Positions 1 to 8,592 of a stretch of DNA of 23,061 nt are shown in pieces. Every line of letters starts with the position of its first letter. The first letter of the stretch is position 1. A model generated the notes under the pieces. It was not told the origin of the DNA. It did not search any database and was given only the letters and a program-made list of their open reading frames with translations. The position numbers were made by a program, and so were the translations under genes. The stretch is from Allobaculum fili (lineage in GTDB: Bacteria; Bacillota_I; Bacilli_A; Erysipelotrichales; Erysipelotrichaceae): contig NZ_JAHDSX010000039.1 of the NCBI RefSeq assembly GCF_020969955.1, forward strand, positions 1 to 23,061, in the 5' to 3' direction.

Positions 1-61
1 CAATAGATTTTTAGAAAAAAGTGAAAAAACTCGAATCATTCGAGATTTGACTTGAAGAGTA

Positions 62-100
62 GAAAAAAGACCACATCACTGCTTAACGCTGATGTGGTCT
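62..100 (-). terminator. Rho-independent terminator, second of a tandem pair
   Basis: Stem 68-78 (AGACCACATCA) pairs with 90-100 (TGATGTGGTCT). The A-run at 63-68 on the plus strand gives a T-run on the minus strand. Confidence 0.6.
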
Positions 101-139
101 GAGAAATCTTAACTTAATGACATTGACCAAATACGTCGT

Positions 140-184
140 AAAAAAAGCGGTCATCCTGTATGCGTTTTCATGCAGAATGACCGC
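140..184 (-). terminator. Rho-independent terminator of the 209..1099 gene
   Basis: Stem GCGGTCAT (147-154) pairs with ATGACCGC (177-184), with further inner pairing. It is followed on the minus strand by T7 (plus-strand A-run 140-146) and lies 25 nt past the stop codon. Confidence 0.8.
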
Positions 185-208
185 TGTTCGTTTTCCCGGT
201 CTGTGGGT

Positions 209-1099
209 TCAATCGCTTTCGTCTTCCTTTTCCCTTGCCAGACTTGCAAAGCGTTCTTCTTCTTCGCGCTTTTTTTCCCGCGCCGCCGTTTCGAGCAGGC
301 GCCGGATTTCGCTATGCCGCTCGCTGCCTTCCCAGGCGCGCACCTGAGCGAGAGCGGCTTCTTTCTGGCCGTCGGCTTCCATCAGACGAATATAAAAATG
401 TTCGTACAGATCGATCCGCTTTCGGTTCTTTTGAATCTGGGCACTGTCTTCGGCATGGAGCGCACGAATTTTCTGATCGTAGTCGTCGATCAGATCAAAG
501 CGCAGATCGCCGTTTCGGATATAACCCATCAGAACGTCGAGCAGTTCATCCTGAATGATCCAGTCGCCGTTTGCCATCGGCAAAATCGCATCGCACAGCT
601 TTTCAAACGTTTCGACGCGAATTCCTCTGGCCATATACATGGAACAGGCGGTTCGATACAGCTCTGTCCAGGTCAGATTCATTTCTTCCAGACAGCCGCT
701 CCAGTAGTAAGACCGTTCATCCACAACACAGAGCTGCCGGGCGATTTCCAGATACGTCTGGCAGGCGAGATCGTACTCTACGGCTTCTTCTGGCATGAGG
801 GGCAGTTCTTTGAGAATGCTTTTCATCTCATTTTTCATTTTGGTGCGGGTCGCGCCGCGGCATCTTCTCCAGCCCAGCATCCGGTCGATCAGTTTCTCCG
901 CCTTGGTTCGAGCCTTTTTGACATCTATGATTTTCGCTTTCGCGTCAGGTGGTTCCTTACCTTCCGCCACGGCTTGGATATAGAGATCAAACAGTTCTTT
1001 TTCCTGCTTATCCATCCGTTTGAAATACGTCAGGATCAGCTCATCCTTTTTCGCACCGTCCATGCTTTTGAGCAGACGCTTTCGTTCGGTCAGTGTCAT
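209..1099 (-). CDS. Hypothetical protein, 296 aa, helical, with a highly charged C-terminal tail
   Basis: ATG at 1099. The long ORF ends just upstream of a strong terminator and sits 98 nt downstream of the metallophosphoesterase gene on the same strand. The tail reads KKREEEERFASLAREKEDESD. I recognise no family motif and see no clear SD. Confidence 0.6.
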   Translation of the reverse strand: MTLTERKRLLKSMDGAKKDELILTYFKRMDKQEKELFDLYIQAVAEGKEPPDAKAKIIDVKKARTKAEKLIDRMLGWRRCRGATRTKMKNEMKSILKELPLMPEEAVEYDLACQTYLEIARQLCVVDERSYYWSGCLEEMNLTWTELYRTACSMYMARGIRVETFEKLCDAILPMANGDWIIQDELLDVLMGYIRNGDLRFDLIDDYDQKIRALHAEDSAQIQKNRKRIDLYEHFYIRLMEADGQKEAALAQVRAWEGSERHSEIRRLLETAAREKKREEEERFASLAREKEDESD

Positions 1100-1197
1100 A
1101 CGTTTTTGCCAATCAAAAGCCGGTATCGTTCATCCCTTCTGAGCGTCTCTTCCCTCAGAAATCGGCTTTTCGCCTTTCTATATATTGTGTACGCCTC

Positions 1198-1863
1198 TTA
1201 TTTACTGGATACGTCTTGCGCATGGAGTACTTCGGCCAAATCCGCTTTTGGCATTCTCCTCTTCTTTTCTGTTTCAATCCATTCGTCCAGACTCAGCGGC
1301 TGATAGTCCGAACGCATGCAGAAGCAGTTGATCATCTGCAACGGAATCTGCGCGATTTCACCGGTTCCGATTCTGGCATGCGTCTGTCTGGCGATATAGT
1401 CGCAGCACACATCCAGATTGTCCTGATCGTGGGTGTTATGAATATGTCCATATAACATCCACGTCGTCGGCGTTCCCTGCTCGTCCGTTCGATACTGCCC
1501 GTTGTAGCAGATCATCGGATAGTGCGAAAGAACGACCTTTCTTCGATTGTCATGCAGTTCCGCATAGTCCTTGATCCATTCAAAATGACTCGGATCAAAG
1601 GTTTTATCTTTCAGATACAGGTCATGATTGCCCTTGATCAGAAATTTTCGGCCATTCAGCCGTTCGAGCAGTTCATTCGTCTGCTCTCCGTTTCCCCACG
1701 AAAAATCCCCCAGAATTACGACTTCATCATTTCGTTTTACCTTCTGATTCCATCGTTCAATCATATATTCATTCATCTCTTCTGCACTCTCAAACCCGCG
1801 CTGATCCATTTTGGTCAGCAGCGAGCGGTGAAAGAAATGACAGTCCGCGATGTAGTAGCGCAT
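1198..1863 (-). CDS. Calcineurin-like metallophosphoesterase, 221 aa
   Basis: The ordered motifs D-x-H (IADCHFFH), GD (ILGDFSWG), GNHD (IKGNHDLY) and GH (YGHIH) match the family signature. ATG at 1863 is preceded by the SD AAGGGGG. Confidence 0.8.
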   Translation of the reverse strand: MRYYIADCHFFHRSLLTKMDQRGFESAEEMNEYMIERWNQKVKRNDEVVILGDFSWGNGEQTNELLERLNGRKFLIKGNHDLYLKDKTFDPSHFEWIKDYAELHDNRRKVVLSHYPMICYNGQYRTDEQGTPTTWMLYGHIHNTHDQDNLDVCCDYIARQTHARIGTGEIAQIPLQMINCFCMRSDYQPLSLDEWIETEKKRRMPKADLAEVLHAQDVSSK

Positions 1864-2058
1864 CGTTCAACCCCCTTAAATTTCTGGATGACCTCCATCT
1901 GCCGGTTTGTACGGCTTCCTGGCGCCTGCTCTTGGGCCGGCGACCTGGCTGCATCCGGTTCTATCCTACCGTTTTGGACAGGAAACTGCCGAATTATCCC
2001 CTTCTCTTTGTACCGGCGAGCCTGCTCAGCCGGTTCATTTTTCTTTTTCGTTCGACAG

Positions 2059-2083
2059 AAAAAGCGGCTGTTCAAGCCGCCAC
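2059..2083 (-). terminator. Rho-independent terminator about 210 nt downstream of the aminotransferase stop
   Basis: The minus strand reads GCGGCT-TGAAC-AGCCGC followed by TTTTT. The stems are at 2064-2069 and 2075-2080. Confidence 0.55.
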
Positions 2084-2291
2084 ATGTGTACAGATGGATT
2101 TTCAGGCTGCGCGCTTTTGTCTTCGAAAACTGTCCAATGGGAAATTTATGGTCTTCAGAAAAGTCCAATCCGAGTCTATGTCGATATCCACTATATATAG
2201 AAAGCGGATATAGAAAGCGAACGGTTCTCTTTCCCATTTTCGTACTTCTTTCGCCCTTCCCCCGGACGCCGGATTTACTGCCCGGATGTGC

Positions 2292-3398
2292 TCAGCTTCT
2301 CTTTTTTTCCTGCATCTTCTTTGCGGTCCAGACATCGATCCGATCGAGAACGCCTTCGAGATCTTCGAAATTCCGGCCCAGGGAAAGCCGGACATACTGA
2401 TCCATTCCAAAGCACCAGCCCGGAACGAAGAAAATACCGGTTTCTTCCAGAAGTCCTTTCGCAAATTCCCGGCTGGACAGCCCTTCGGGAAGTTTCAGAA
2501 AGGAAACCGTTCCCTTGCGCGGCAGCTGGCAGGAAAACCACGGAGATTTTTCCAGCCACTTCGCCAGAATTTTCTTGTTCTCGGCGATTTTCTTTTTGGA
2601 GCGTTCGAGTATTTCCTGACGGTGGTGCAGACCGGCCCAGGCCGCTTTTTCAGAAAGCGGTCCGGCACAGATCAGCGTATAGTCACGGAACACATTAATC
2701 TGCGCGATGAGTTCGGGGCAGGCTTTCACCCATCCCAGTCGTACGCCGGCCAGACCGAACAGCTTGGAAAGCGAAGCGGTGCTGACGCCTTTTTCATACA
2801 CATCGCTCATGGCGCATTCGTCCGCGTCGTACTGCCGGTACACTTCATCGCAAAGAATCCAGACATCGTATTTTCGCGCCAGATCGCGCAGACGCAGGAC
2901 CTCTTCGCGATTGAGCCAGGTCCCGGTCGGATTGTTCGGCGAGGCGAACACCATCAGGCGCGTGCCCTTCTGAAATTCTTCTTCCAGCGCCATCCAGTCG
3001 AGCGTCCAGCCGTCTTCAATGAGCGGCAGTTCGCTGACGGTGCATCCAAGCCAGCGGGGATAATCGGAAAACTGCTGGTAGCCCGGCGTGATGGTCACTA
3101 CATGATCGCCCGCTTTCAGCAAAATGTTCATGACCAGTTCATTGGCCTGAAGCGTCCCGTTGGTCATGGTCAGCGTTTCTTCGCGCTGGTCTTCATATAA
3201 AGAAAGGATTTCCCGACGAAGAGCGGGATCACCGGTAATCCATCCGTAATCCAGAACGAGACCGTTAAAAAGATCCGGTTCAAACGCCAGCAGTTCCTCC
3301 ATGCCCATCGGCAGAGCCGATGTGTCGGTCATGTTGAAACGCGCCTGACGTTCATAGTCGTTCATCCACTGTTCAGTCAGAAAATCCTTGATGTTCAT
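2292..3398 (-). CDS. PLP-dependent aminotransferase, class I/II fold
   Basis: It carries SPNNPTGT and the PLP-lysine motif SLSKLFGLAGVRLGW. It is 368 aa, has the SD AGGAAAGGA before ATG 3398, and is the last gene of the T-box operon. Confidence 0.85.
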   Translation of the reverse strand: MNIKDFLTEQWMNDYERQARFNMTDTSALPMGMEELLAFEPDLFNGLVLDYGWITGDPALRREILSLYEDQREETLTMTNGTLQANELVMNILLKAGDHVVTITPGYQQFSDYPRWLGCTVSELPLIEDGWTLDWMALEEEFQKGTRLMVFASPNNPTGTWLNREEVLRLRDLARKYDVWILCDEVYRQYDADECAMSDVYEKGVSTASLSKLFGLAGVRLGWVKACPELIAQINVFRDYTLICAGPLSEKAAWAGLHHRQEILERSKKKIAENKKILAKWLEKSPWFSCQLPRKGTVSFLKLPEGLSSREFAKGLLEETGIFFVPGWCFGMDQYVRLSLGRNFEDLEGVLDRIDVWTAKKMQEKKRS

Positions 3399-3428
3399 AA
3401 AATTCCTTTCCTGCAGGGCGGTTCCTGA

Positions 3429-4202
3429 TCAGGAATAGAAAACTTTGGACAGGAACTCTTTTGCCCGTTCACTTTGCGGGTTTGTGAAGAATGTTTCGGA
3501 ATCCGCCTCTTCCACGATCTTTCCGGATTCGAGGAAGACAACACGGGTGCCGACTTTGCGGGCGAAGCCCATTTCGTGGGTAACCACGATCATGGTCATG
3601 CCCTGGGCAGCCAGATCCTGCATAACTTCCAGTACTTCCTTGATCATTTCCGGGTCAAGAGCGGAAGTCGGTTCGTCAAAAAGCATGATTTCCGGATTCA
3701 TGCACAGCGCTCGGGCGATCGCCACACGCTGTTTCTGTCCGCCGGAAAGCTGGTTGGGATAGCTGTCCCGTTTTTCGAGCAGGCCGACTTTTCCCAGATA
3801 TTCGAGCGCCACTTTTTCGGCTTCTTCATCCGAACGCTTCAGAACCGTCGTCTGGGCAAGCTTGCAGTTGTCGATAACGGTTTTGTTCGGGAACAGATTG
3901 AAGTGCTGGAAAACGAAACCCATTTTATTGCGCAGCTCGCGGTATTCCGCCTTGTTTTTCGGATCCATGCGCTTGCCGTCAAGAGTAACGGATCCTTCAT
4001 CCGGTGTTTCCAGACCGTGAATGCAGCGAAGGAACGTCGACTTGCCGGAACCGGAAGGACCGATCAGGCAGACGACTTCGCCTTTTTTGACCTGAAGGGA
4101 AGCATCGTGCAGCGCATGCAGCTTTCCGAAGTTTTTGGAAAGATGGGAGGCATCGATCATGATGCCAGAAGCTTTCGCTTCGTTTGTTTTTGGATCAGTC
4201 AC
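3429..4202 (-). CDS. Polar amino-acid ABC transporter ATP-binding protein
   Basis: It has Walker [10 protein letters not shown], the signature [15 protein letters not shown], Walker [12 protein letters not shown] and the H-loop VVTHEM. The GTG start at 4202 overlaps the permease stop by 8 nt and has AGGAGG 10 nt upstream. An alternative ATG at 4160 would give [12 protein letters not shown]. Confidence 0.9.
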   Translation of the reverse strand: MTDPKTNEAKASGIMIDASHLSKNFGKLHALHDASLQVKKGEVVCLIGPSGSGKSTFLRCIHGLETPDEGSVTLDGKRMDPKNKAEYRELRNKMGFVFQHFNLFPNKTVIDNCKLAQTTVLKRSDEEAEKVALEYLGKVGLLEKRDSYPNQLSGGQKQRVAIARALCMNPEIMLFDEPTSALDPEMIKEVLEVMQDLAAQGMTMIVVTHEMGFARKVGTRVVFLESGKIVEEADSETFFTNPQSERAKEFLSKVFYS

Positions 4203-4866
4203 TTACAGCCATCCTCCTTTCCAGCTTTCTTGAGAGCCAGCTGATGATCAGCGTCATGAACAGGTACATGATGCCGGCCACGATTAGCGGAACAAGATAG
4301 TTATAGTACTGCGCACCGAGCGTCTGCGCGTTGCGCATCAGTTCGCCGGCACCGATGCAGCTGGCCAGAGAACTGTCCTTGATCAGGGTAATGAACTCGG
4401 AAACCAGAGGCGGAATGATGCGCTTGAACGCCTGGGGCAGAATGACCTGAAACATCATCGGCCAGTAGGAAATGCCGAGCGTTTCGCACGCTTCCCACTG
4501 TCCTTTGTCAACGCCCTGAATACCGGAACGGAACAGTTCACACTGATATGCACCGGAGTTGAGCGACAGAGCGGTCAGCGCCACCGCATACACATCCATG
4601 CGAACTCTTACCCCGGTAATCATCCGGATCAGAACCGGAATGCCGAGATAGAAGAACATGATCTGCAGAAGCATTGGCGTACCGCGGAAGATTTCTACAT
4701 ATATGCTGCAAAGCCAGTTGAGAATTTTAACCTTGGAAAGACGGCCGGCTGCCAGCAGGATACCGATTACCATGCCGATCAGCAGAGCACCCAGGGCTAA
4801 AAGCAGCGAAATGCCGGCGCCTTTGAGCAGGAAAAGCAGGTTTTCCTGGGTGAGAATTTTTTCCAT
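4195..4866 (-). CDS. Polar amino-acid ABC transporter permease (His/Glu/Gln/Arg/opine family)
   Basis: The 223-aa protein is multi-TM. Its conserved cytoplasmic loop region reads [42 protein letters not shown]. It lies between the binding-protein and ATPase genes. Confidence 0.9.
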   Translation of the reverse strand: MEKILTQENLLFLLKGAGISLLLALGALLIGMVIGILLAAGRLSKVKILNWLCSIYVEIFRGTPMLLQIMFFYLGIPVLIRMITGVRVRMDVYAVALTALSLNSGAYQCELFRSGIQGVDKGQWEACETLGISYWPMMFQVILPQAFKRIIPPLVSEFITLIKDSSLASCIGAGELMRNAQTLGAQYYNYLVPLIVAGIMYLFMTLIISWLSRKLERRMAVSD

Positions 4867-4886
4867 TCGTCAGGGCATCTCCTCAC

Positions 4887-5693
4887 TTATTCGGCGTCTT
4901 TGTCCGCCGGAGCGAACCATTTTTCGGTCAGAACGGTGTATTCGTCACTTTCCTTGAAGGCTTTGATCGCCTCGTTGATTTCATCCATCAGTTCCTTGTG
5001 GTCTTCTGTGGAGTAGATGATGTTTTCTTCATCCATCAGAGCGTCGCCGATGATTTTGAAATCGCCGTTGGCTACGTACTGGTCCGCTACAGCCTTGTCG
5101 ATGACAACTGCGTCGATGCCGTGTGCTTTCAGGTTTTCCATCATGAGGTTGGCATCGGATACGGCCTGTACCTGAGCGCCTTCGATCATGGCAGCGGCTT
5201 CTTCGCCGGTAGCTCCCTGCTGAGCGCCTACCACTTTGCCGTTGAGATCGTCAGCGTTAGTGAATTCGGAATCCGAAGCGACAACGATAACCTGTGCGGA
5301 ATCGTAGTAGGAATCGGAGAAGATACCTTCACGGTCTTCATCGTAGGTGAAACCGGAAATGCCGAGGTCGATCTGGCCGGCCTGCAGCGCGGAAATAATG
5401 GTGTCGAAGGAAAGTTCTTCGAACTTGTAGGTGTAGTTGTGTCCGTTTTCGTTGAGATAGTTGAAGATCCAGTCGGTCATATCCGGGTCAAAACCGATGA
5501 TCTGGTTGCTGGAATCCTTGGATTCATAAGGCGGATAGTCGGGGGAAATACCAATGAGGATTTCCTTGGCGTCCGCTTTGGCCGCGGTGCTGGAAGCATC
5601 GGCCTTGCTGGATGTTTCGGCCGGTGCGGAGGAGCATCCGGCAATGCCGCAGGCGAGCAGTGCGCTTAATGCGATCGATACAGTCTTTTTCAT
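4887..5693 (-). CDS. Amino-acid ABC transporter substrate-binding lipoprotein
   Basis: The signal peptide carries the lipobox LLACGIAGC-SS. A type 2 periplasmic-binding fold is suggested by the pattern GISPDYPPYE...GFDPD...GISGFT. The SD AGGAAAGGA precedes ATG 5693. Confidence 0.85.
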   Translation of the reverse strand: MKKTVSIALSALLACGIAGCSSAPAETSSKADASSTAAKADAKEILIGISPDYPPYESKDSSNQIIGFDPDMTDWIFNYLNENGHNYTYKFEELSFDTIISALQAGQIDLGISGFTYDEDREGIFSDSYYDSAQVIVVASDSEFTNADDLNGKVVGAQQGATGEEAAAMIEGAQVQAVSDANLMMENLKAHGIDAVVIDKAVADQYVANGDFKIIGDALMDEENIIYSTEDHKELMDEINEAIKAFKESDEYTVLTEKWFAPADKDAE

Positions 5694-5755
5694 TTTTTTA
5701 TTCCTTTCCTGGGCATCGGCCCATATAGAAGATCAGAATCAGGAAGCGGTCCGAT

Positions 5756-5985
5756 AAAAAAAGCGTCCTTTCGAAATTGACGAAAGGACGCAGATTATAC
5801 GCGGTACCACCTTACTTCCCCGGCAATAGCCAGGGCTCTTTCATCCTTAACGCGGATTACGGCGGGGATTAGTCCGCACTCCAAGACACGTTCAAAGCTT
5901 TATCCCTGACCGCTTTCACCAGCCGCGGTCTCTCTGCAAGGTTCCGGCTTTTACTACTTCTCTTCTTCGTTTTATGCAACGATTT
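5756..5985 (-). promoter_or_regulatory. T-box riboswitch leader, candidate Arg (CGU) specifier, with intrinsic terminator
   Basis: On the minus strand the T-box sequence GGTGGTACCGCG lies at 5800-5811. The terminator GCGTCCTTTCG/CGAAAGGACGC plus a T-run lies at 5756-5791. Stem I has the AG bulge AGAGA and the distal loop GGTGAAA. The specifier loop has AGUA on the 5' side and GAA-CGU-G on the 3' side, with the codon at 5888-5890. A candidate promoter is TTGCCT (6005-6010), 17 nt, TTAAAT (5982-5987). Confidence 0.85.
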
Positions 5986-6099
5986 AAACACAAGGCCCTT
6001 CAAAAGGCAAACCCGGACGAGCGGCTTTTTATCGGAAAAGAGCGTTTAAGCGTTTTTTTCATCGTTTTTTTTCTTGATTTTCAGGACTGGTTTCCCATT

Positions 6100-7455
6100 T
6101 TAGTTTTTCAGGGCCTGCAGCGGAGCCGGGATACGGCCGCCGCGGTTGACAAACACGCTGTTTTTCTCCTGATTGACCGGCATAACCGGGCCGCTGCCCA
6201 GCAGTCCGCCAAAATCGAGAACGTCGCCGACTTCCTTGCCGATGGCCGGAATGATGCGTACAGCGGTCGTTTTCGTGTTGACCATGCCGATCGCGGCTTC
6301 ATCCGCGATCATGCCGGACAGCACGTCCGCGCTCGTATCGCCCGGCACGACGATCATGTCGAGGCCGACGGAGCAGACTGCGGTCATGGCTTCCAGTTTT
6401 TCCAGACGCAGGCAGCCGGTGCTGGCTGCGTGAATCATGCCGGCATCTTCCGAAACCGGAATGAAGGCGCCGGACAGACCGCCGACGTGGCTGGTCGCCA
6501 TGACGCCGCCTTTTTTCACGGCATCGTTCAGCATGGCCAGGCAGGCGGTGGTGCCGTACGCGCCGCACGTTTCCAGACCCATTTCTTCGAGAATATAGGC
6601 AACCGAATCCCCGACAGCCGGAGTCGGCGCCAGCGAAAGATCGACAATGCCAAACGGAACGCCCAGACGGCGGCTGGCTTCCTTGCCGACCATCTGGCCC
6701 ATGCGGGTAATTTTAAACGCGGTGCGCTTGATCAGGTTGGCAAGCTCATCCATCGTGGCGTGCTTGCTGGCCTTGGCCAGAACGGCACGGACGACGCCCG
6801 GGCCGGATACGCCGACGTTAATGACGCAGTCGCCTTCGCCTGCGCCATGGAAGGCGCCGGCCATGAACGGGTTGTCTTCCGGCGCGTTGCAGAAGACAAC
6901 GAGCTTGGCTGCGGCGATGCAGCTGTTATCCGCGCTGATTTCCGAGCAGCTGCGGATGATGCGGCCCATCTGCTTGACCGCGTCCATATTGATGCCAGCC
7001 TTGGTGGAGCCGATATTAACGGAAGAGCACACGTGCTCCGTCTGCGACAGCGCGCGGGGAATGCTTTCAATCAGTTCGTTGTCCCCGTGCGAATAGCCTT
7101 TCTGCACCAGAGCGGAATAGCCGCCGATGAAATTGACGCCTAGCTTCTGCGCACAGCGCTCGAGTGTCAGAGCGTATTCGACCGGATCGCCGCCGGAAGC
7201 GGCCACAAGCATTGCGATCGGGGTAACCGAAATGCGCTTGTTGACGACCGGAATGCCGTATTCTCGGCTGATATCGTCGCCGACTTTGACCAGATTCTTG
7301 GCCAGACGGCAGATTTTTTCTTCAATTTTCGCGCAGGAGGCGTGAATGTCCGCGTCCGCACAGTCGAGCAGAGAAATGCCCATGGTAATGGTTCGGATAT
7401 CCAGGCATTCCTCGTCGATCATTTTGATGGTTTCAAGAATATTTTTTGTCTGCAT
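6100..7455 (-). CDS. UPF0210 (DUF711, PFL-like) family protein, 451 aa
   Basis: The N-terminus [27 protein letters not shown], the length of about 450 aa, and the position directly after a small ACT-domain gene match the conserved UPF0237/UPF0210 pair as I remember it. Confidence 0.8.
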   Translation of the reverse strand: MQTKNILETIKMIDEECLDIRTITMGISLLDCADADIHASCAKIEEKICRLAKNLVKVGDDISREYGIPVVNKRISVTPIAMLVAASGGDPVEYALTLERCAQKLGVNFIGGYSALVQKGYSHGDNELIESIPRALSQTEHVCSSVNIGSTKAGINMDAVKQMGRIIRSCSEISADNSCIAAAKLVVFCNAPEDNPFMAGAFHGAGEGDCVINVGVSGPGVVRAVLAKASKHATMDELANLIKRTAFKITRMGQMVGKEASRRLGVPFGIVDLSLAPTPAVGDSVAYILEEMGLETCGAYGTTACLAMLNDAVKKGGVMATSHVGGLSGAFIPVSEDAGMIHAASTGCLRLEKLEAMTAVCSVGLDMIVVPGDTSADVLSGMIADEAAIGMVNTKTTAVRIIPAIGKEVGDVLDFGGLLGSGPVMPVNQEKNSVFVNRGGRIPAPLQALKN

Positions 7456-7463
7456 GGCGGCCT

Positions 7464-7733
7464 CTAAATCGTATGCATCGCTTCAAAGATTTCCTGGTTC
7501 ATGACGCGGATGACCAGTTCATTTTCCAGTCCGATCGCTTCCATGCCCTGTGTAAACTCATCAAAGGTAGTATCCATGCGATCCATGTCCACGATCATGG
7601 TCATGGAAAAGATGCCGTCCAGAATGGTCTGCGCGACTTCCAGAATGTTGACGCCATGATCGGCACAGGCATTGGCGGCCAGCGCCAGAATGCCTACGCG
7701 GTCCGTGCCGACTACACTGATAACTGCTTTCAT
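7464..7733 (-). CDS. ACT domain-containing protein (UPF0237 family), 89 aa
   Basis: [17 protein letters not shown] is a typical ACT beta1-loop start. The gene is 8 nt upstream of the UPF0210 gene and has the SD AAGGAGA before ATG 7733. Confidence 0.8.
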   Translation of the reverse strand: MKAVISVVGTDRVGILALAANACADHGVNILEVAQTILDGIFSMTMIVDMDRMDTTFDEFTQGMEAIGLENELVIRVMNQEIFEAMHTI

Positions 7734-7881
7734 CTCGTTGTCTCCTTATTTTTCTCTCTCGGGTTCTGGCCGCCAGCCGCTCTTATGGAAAGAAGCCGGC
7801 TGCGGCCTTTTCGATTTCCCTTTCCTAGCGATCCGATTTCCAGACCGCCGCGACGGCTGTTCCAAAGCGGACAGCCGGGTT

Positions 7882-7906
7882 AAAAAAGAGCATCGTCTGG
7901 ATGCTC
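7882..7906 (-). terminator. Rho-independent terminator of the 7942..8430 gene
   Basis: Stem GAGCATC (7888-7894) pairs with GATGCTC (7900-7906), followed on the minus strand by T6. Confidence 0.7.
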
Positions 7907-7941
7907 TCGTTCAGGTTCAAGTTTACCGAATGTACAGGCAA

Positions 7942-8430
7942 TCAACGAAGTTCAAATGAAGTTTTCGCGTATTTTGCCAGTTCCGTCGGTTCGTAAGCGC
8001 TTTGAAGCCCTTCCACATTGCAGTCGTACTCACCGGGCATGAATTCAAAGTTTTCCTGTTTTTTCAGCAGATCGATTACTTCTTTTGTTTTTTCTTCGGA
8101 AAGCAAAGCCGTTTTAATAATGCGGATAATATCCTCCTTGTCCATGAGGACGGCCTGCACTTTCAGATTTTTCTGCGCCAGGAATTCGTCTTTGGCTTCA
8201 CAGTCCTGAATGTTGAAATAGAAGTCGCACGTATCGAGCGGTCCGCCTTCCATCAAGAAAATCACAATGCCATTGGTCTCGCACACTTCGACCGTAAACG
8301 GTTCGGCCGCCCGCTCAAGCTGGGCATCGTTCCATTCGTCATCCTTGACCGCCAGAATCAGTTCGCCGTCCGCGAAATCCGCAACGGCGCCTTCTTCAAT
8401 CGGCCAGGGGAATTTTTCCAGTTTTTTCAT
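7942..8430 (-). CDS. Hypothetical cytoplasmic protein, 162 aa, acidic
   Basis: It has an ATG at 8430 and a clean ORF with its own terminator. I recognise no family and see no SD (see the leaderless finding). Confidence 0.6.
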   Translation of the reverse strand: MKKLEKFPWPIEEGAVADFADGELILAVKDDEWNDAQLERAAEPFTVEVCETNGIVIFLMEGGPLDTCDFYFNIQDCEAKDEFLAQKNLKVQAVLMDKEDIIRIIKTALLSEEKTKEVIDLLKKQENFEFMPGEYDCNVEGLQSAYEPTELAKYAKTSFELR

Positions 8431-8498
8431 ACTATTCAGTATACGGCGCCCCGCTTCATTTCGTACCGTTCATACCGCCCGTTCTCTGCAGAGCAAAG

Positions 8499-8530
8499 AA
8501 AAAGGCCGCAGCTTTTCGAGCCGCAGCCTT
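8499..8530 (-). terminator. Rho-independent terminator of pta
   Basis: The minus strand reads AAGGCTGCGGCT-CGAAA-AGCTGCGGCCTT followed by TTT. This is a 12-bp stem containing two G-U pairs, so it is visible only on the minus strand. Confidence 0.6.
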
Positions 8531-8592
8531 ATGGATATACTTTTTAAATTCGATCCATGGAGTTTCTCCATGAAAAACGGGGGAAGAATCGA

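Noticed and set aside
170-1303. A 377-aa plus-strand ORF spanning two minus-strand genes. Similar antisense ORFs occur at 2286..3200, 3474..4244, 4998..5669, 8794..9552, 10144..10857, 15026..15766, 17300..18157 and 18341..19384.
   Set aside because: Each lies opposite a confidently identified gene, crosses intergenic terminators or gene boundaries, and has Phe/Arg-rich nonsense composition. I treat them all as shadow ORFs.
1864-2058. A faint resemblance of CAGCCAGGUCGCCGG...GCCAGGAAGCCG...CCGGCAGAUGG to SRP RNA domain IV. I also considered other riboswitch classes (TPP, cobalamin, c-di-GMP, ZTP, SAM).
   Set aside because: The GGAA tetraloop context and symmetric-loop motifs of SRP RNA are absent. 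None of the class-defining core sequences I know is present. The region is kept only as an unassigned structured leader.
1815-2237. A 140-aa minus-strand ORF in the aminotransferase-phosphoesterase gap.
   Set aside because: It reads straight through the GCGGCT/AGCCGC terminator hairpin and overlaps the phosphoesterase start out of frame. It is highly basic and lacks a convincing SD.
5974-7143. A 389-aa ORF antisense to the UPF0210 gene, with nested shorter ORFs.
   Set aside because: It is Ala/Arg/Gly-rich, which is typical of the reverse frame of a GC-rich gene. It has no SD, and the sense strand encodes a recognisable family protein.
8504-8528. An apparent direct repeat, GCCGCAGC twice, on the plus strand.
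   Set aside because: On the minus strand the same bases form a 12-bp hairpin with two G-U pairs followed by a U-run. This is the pta terminator rather than a repeat element.
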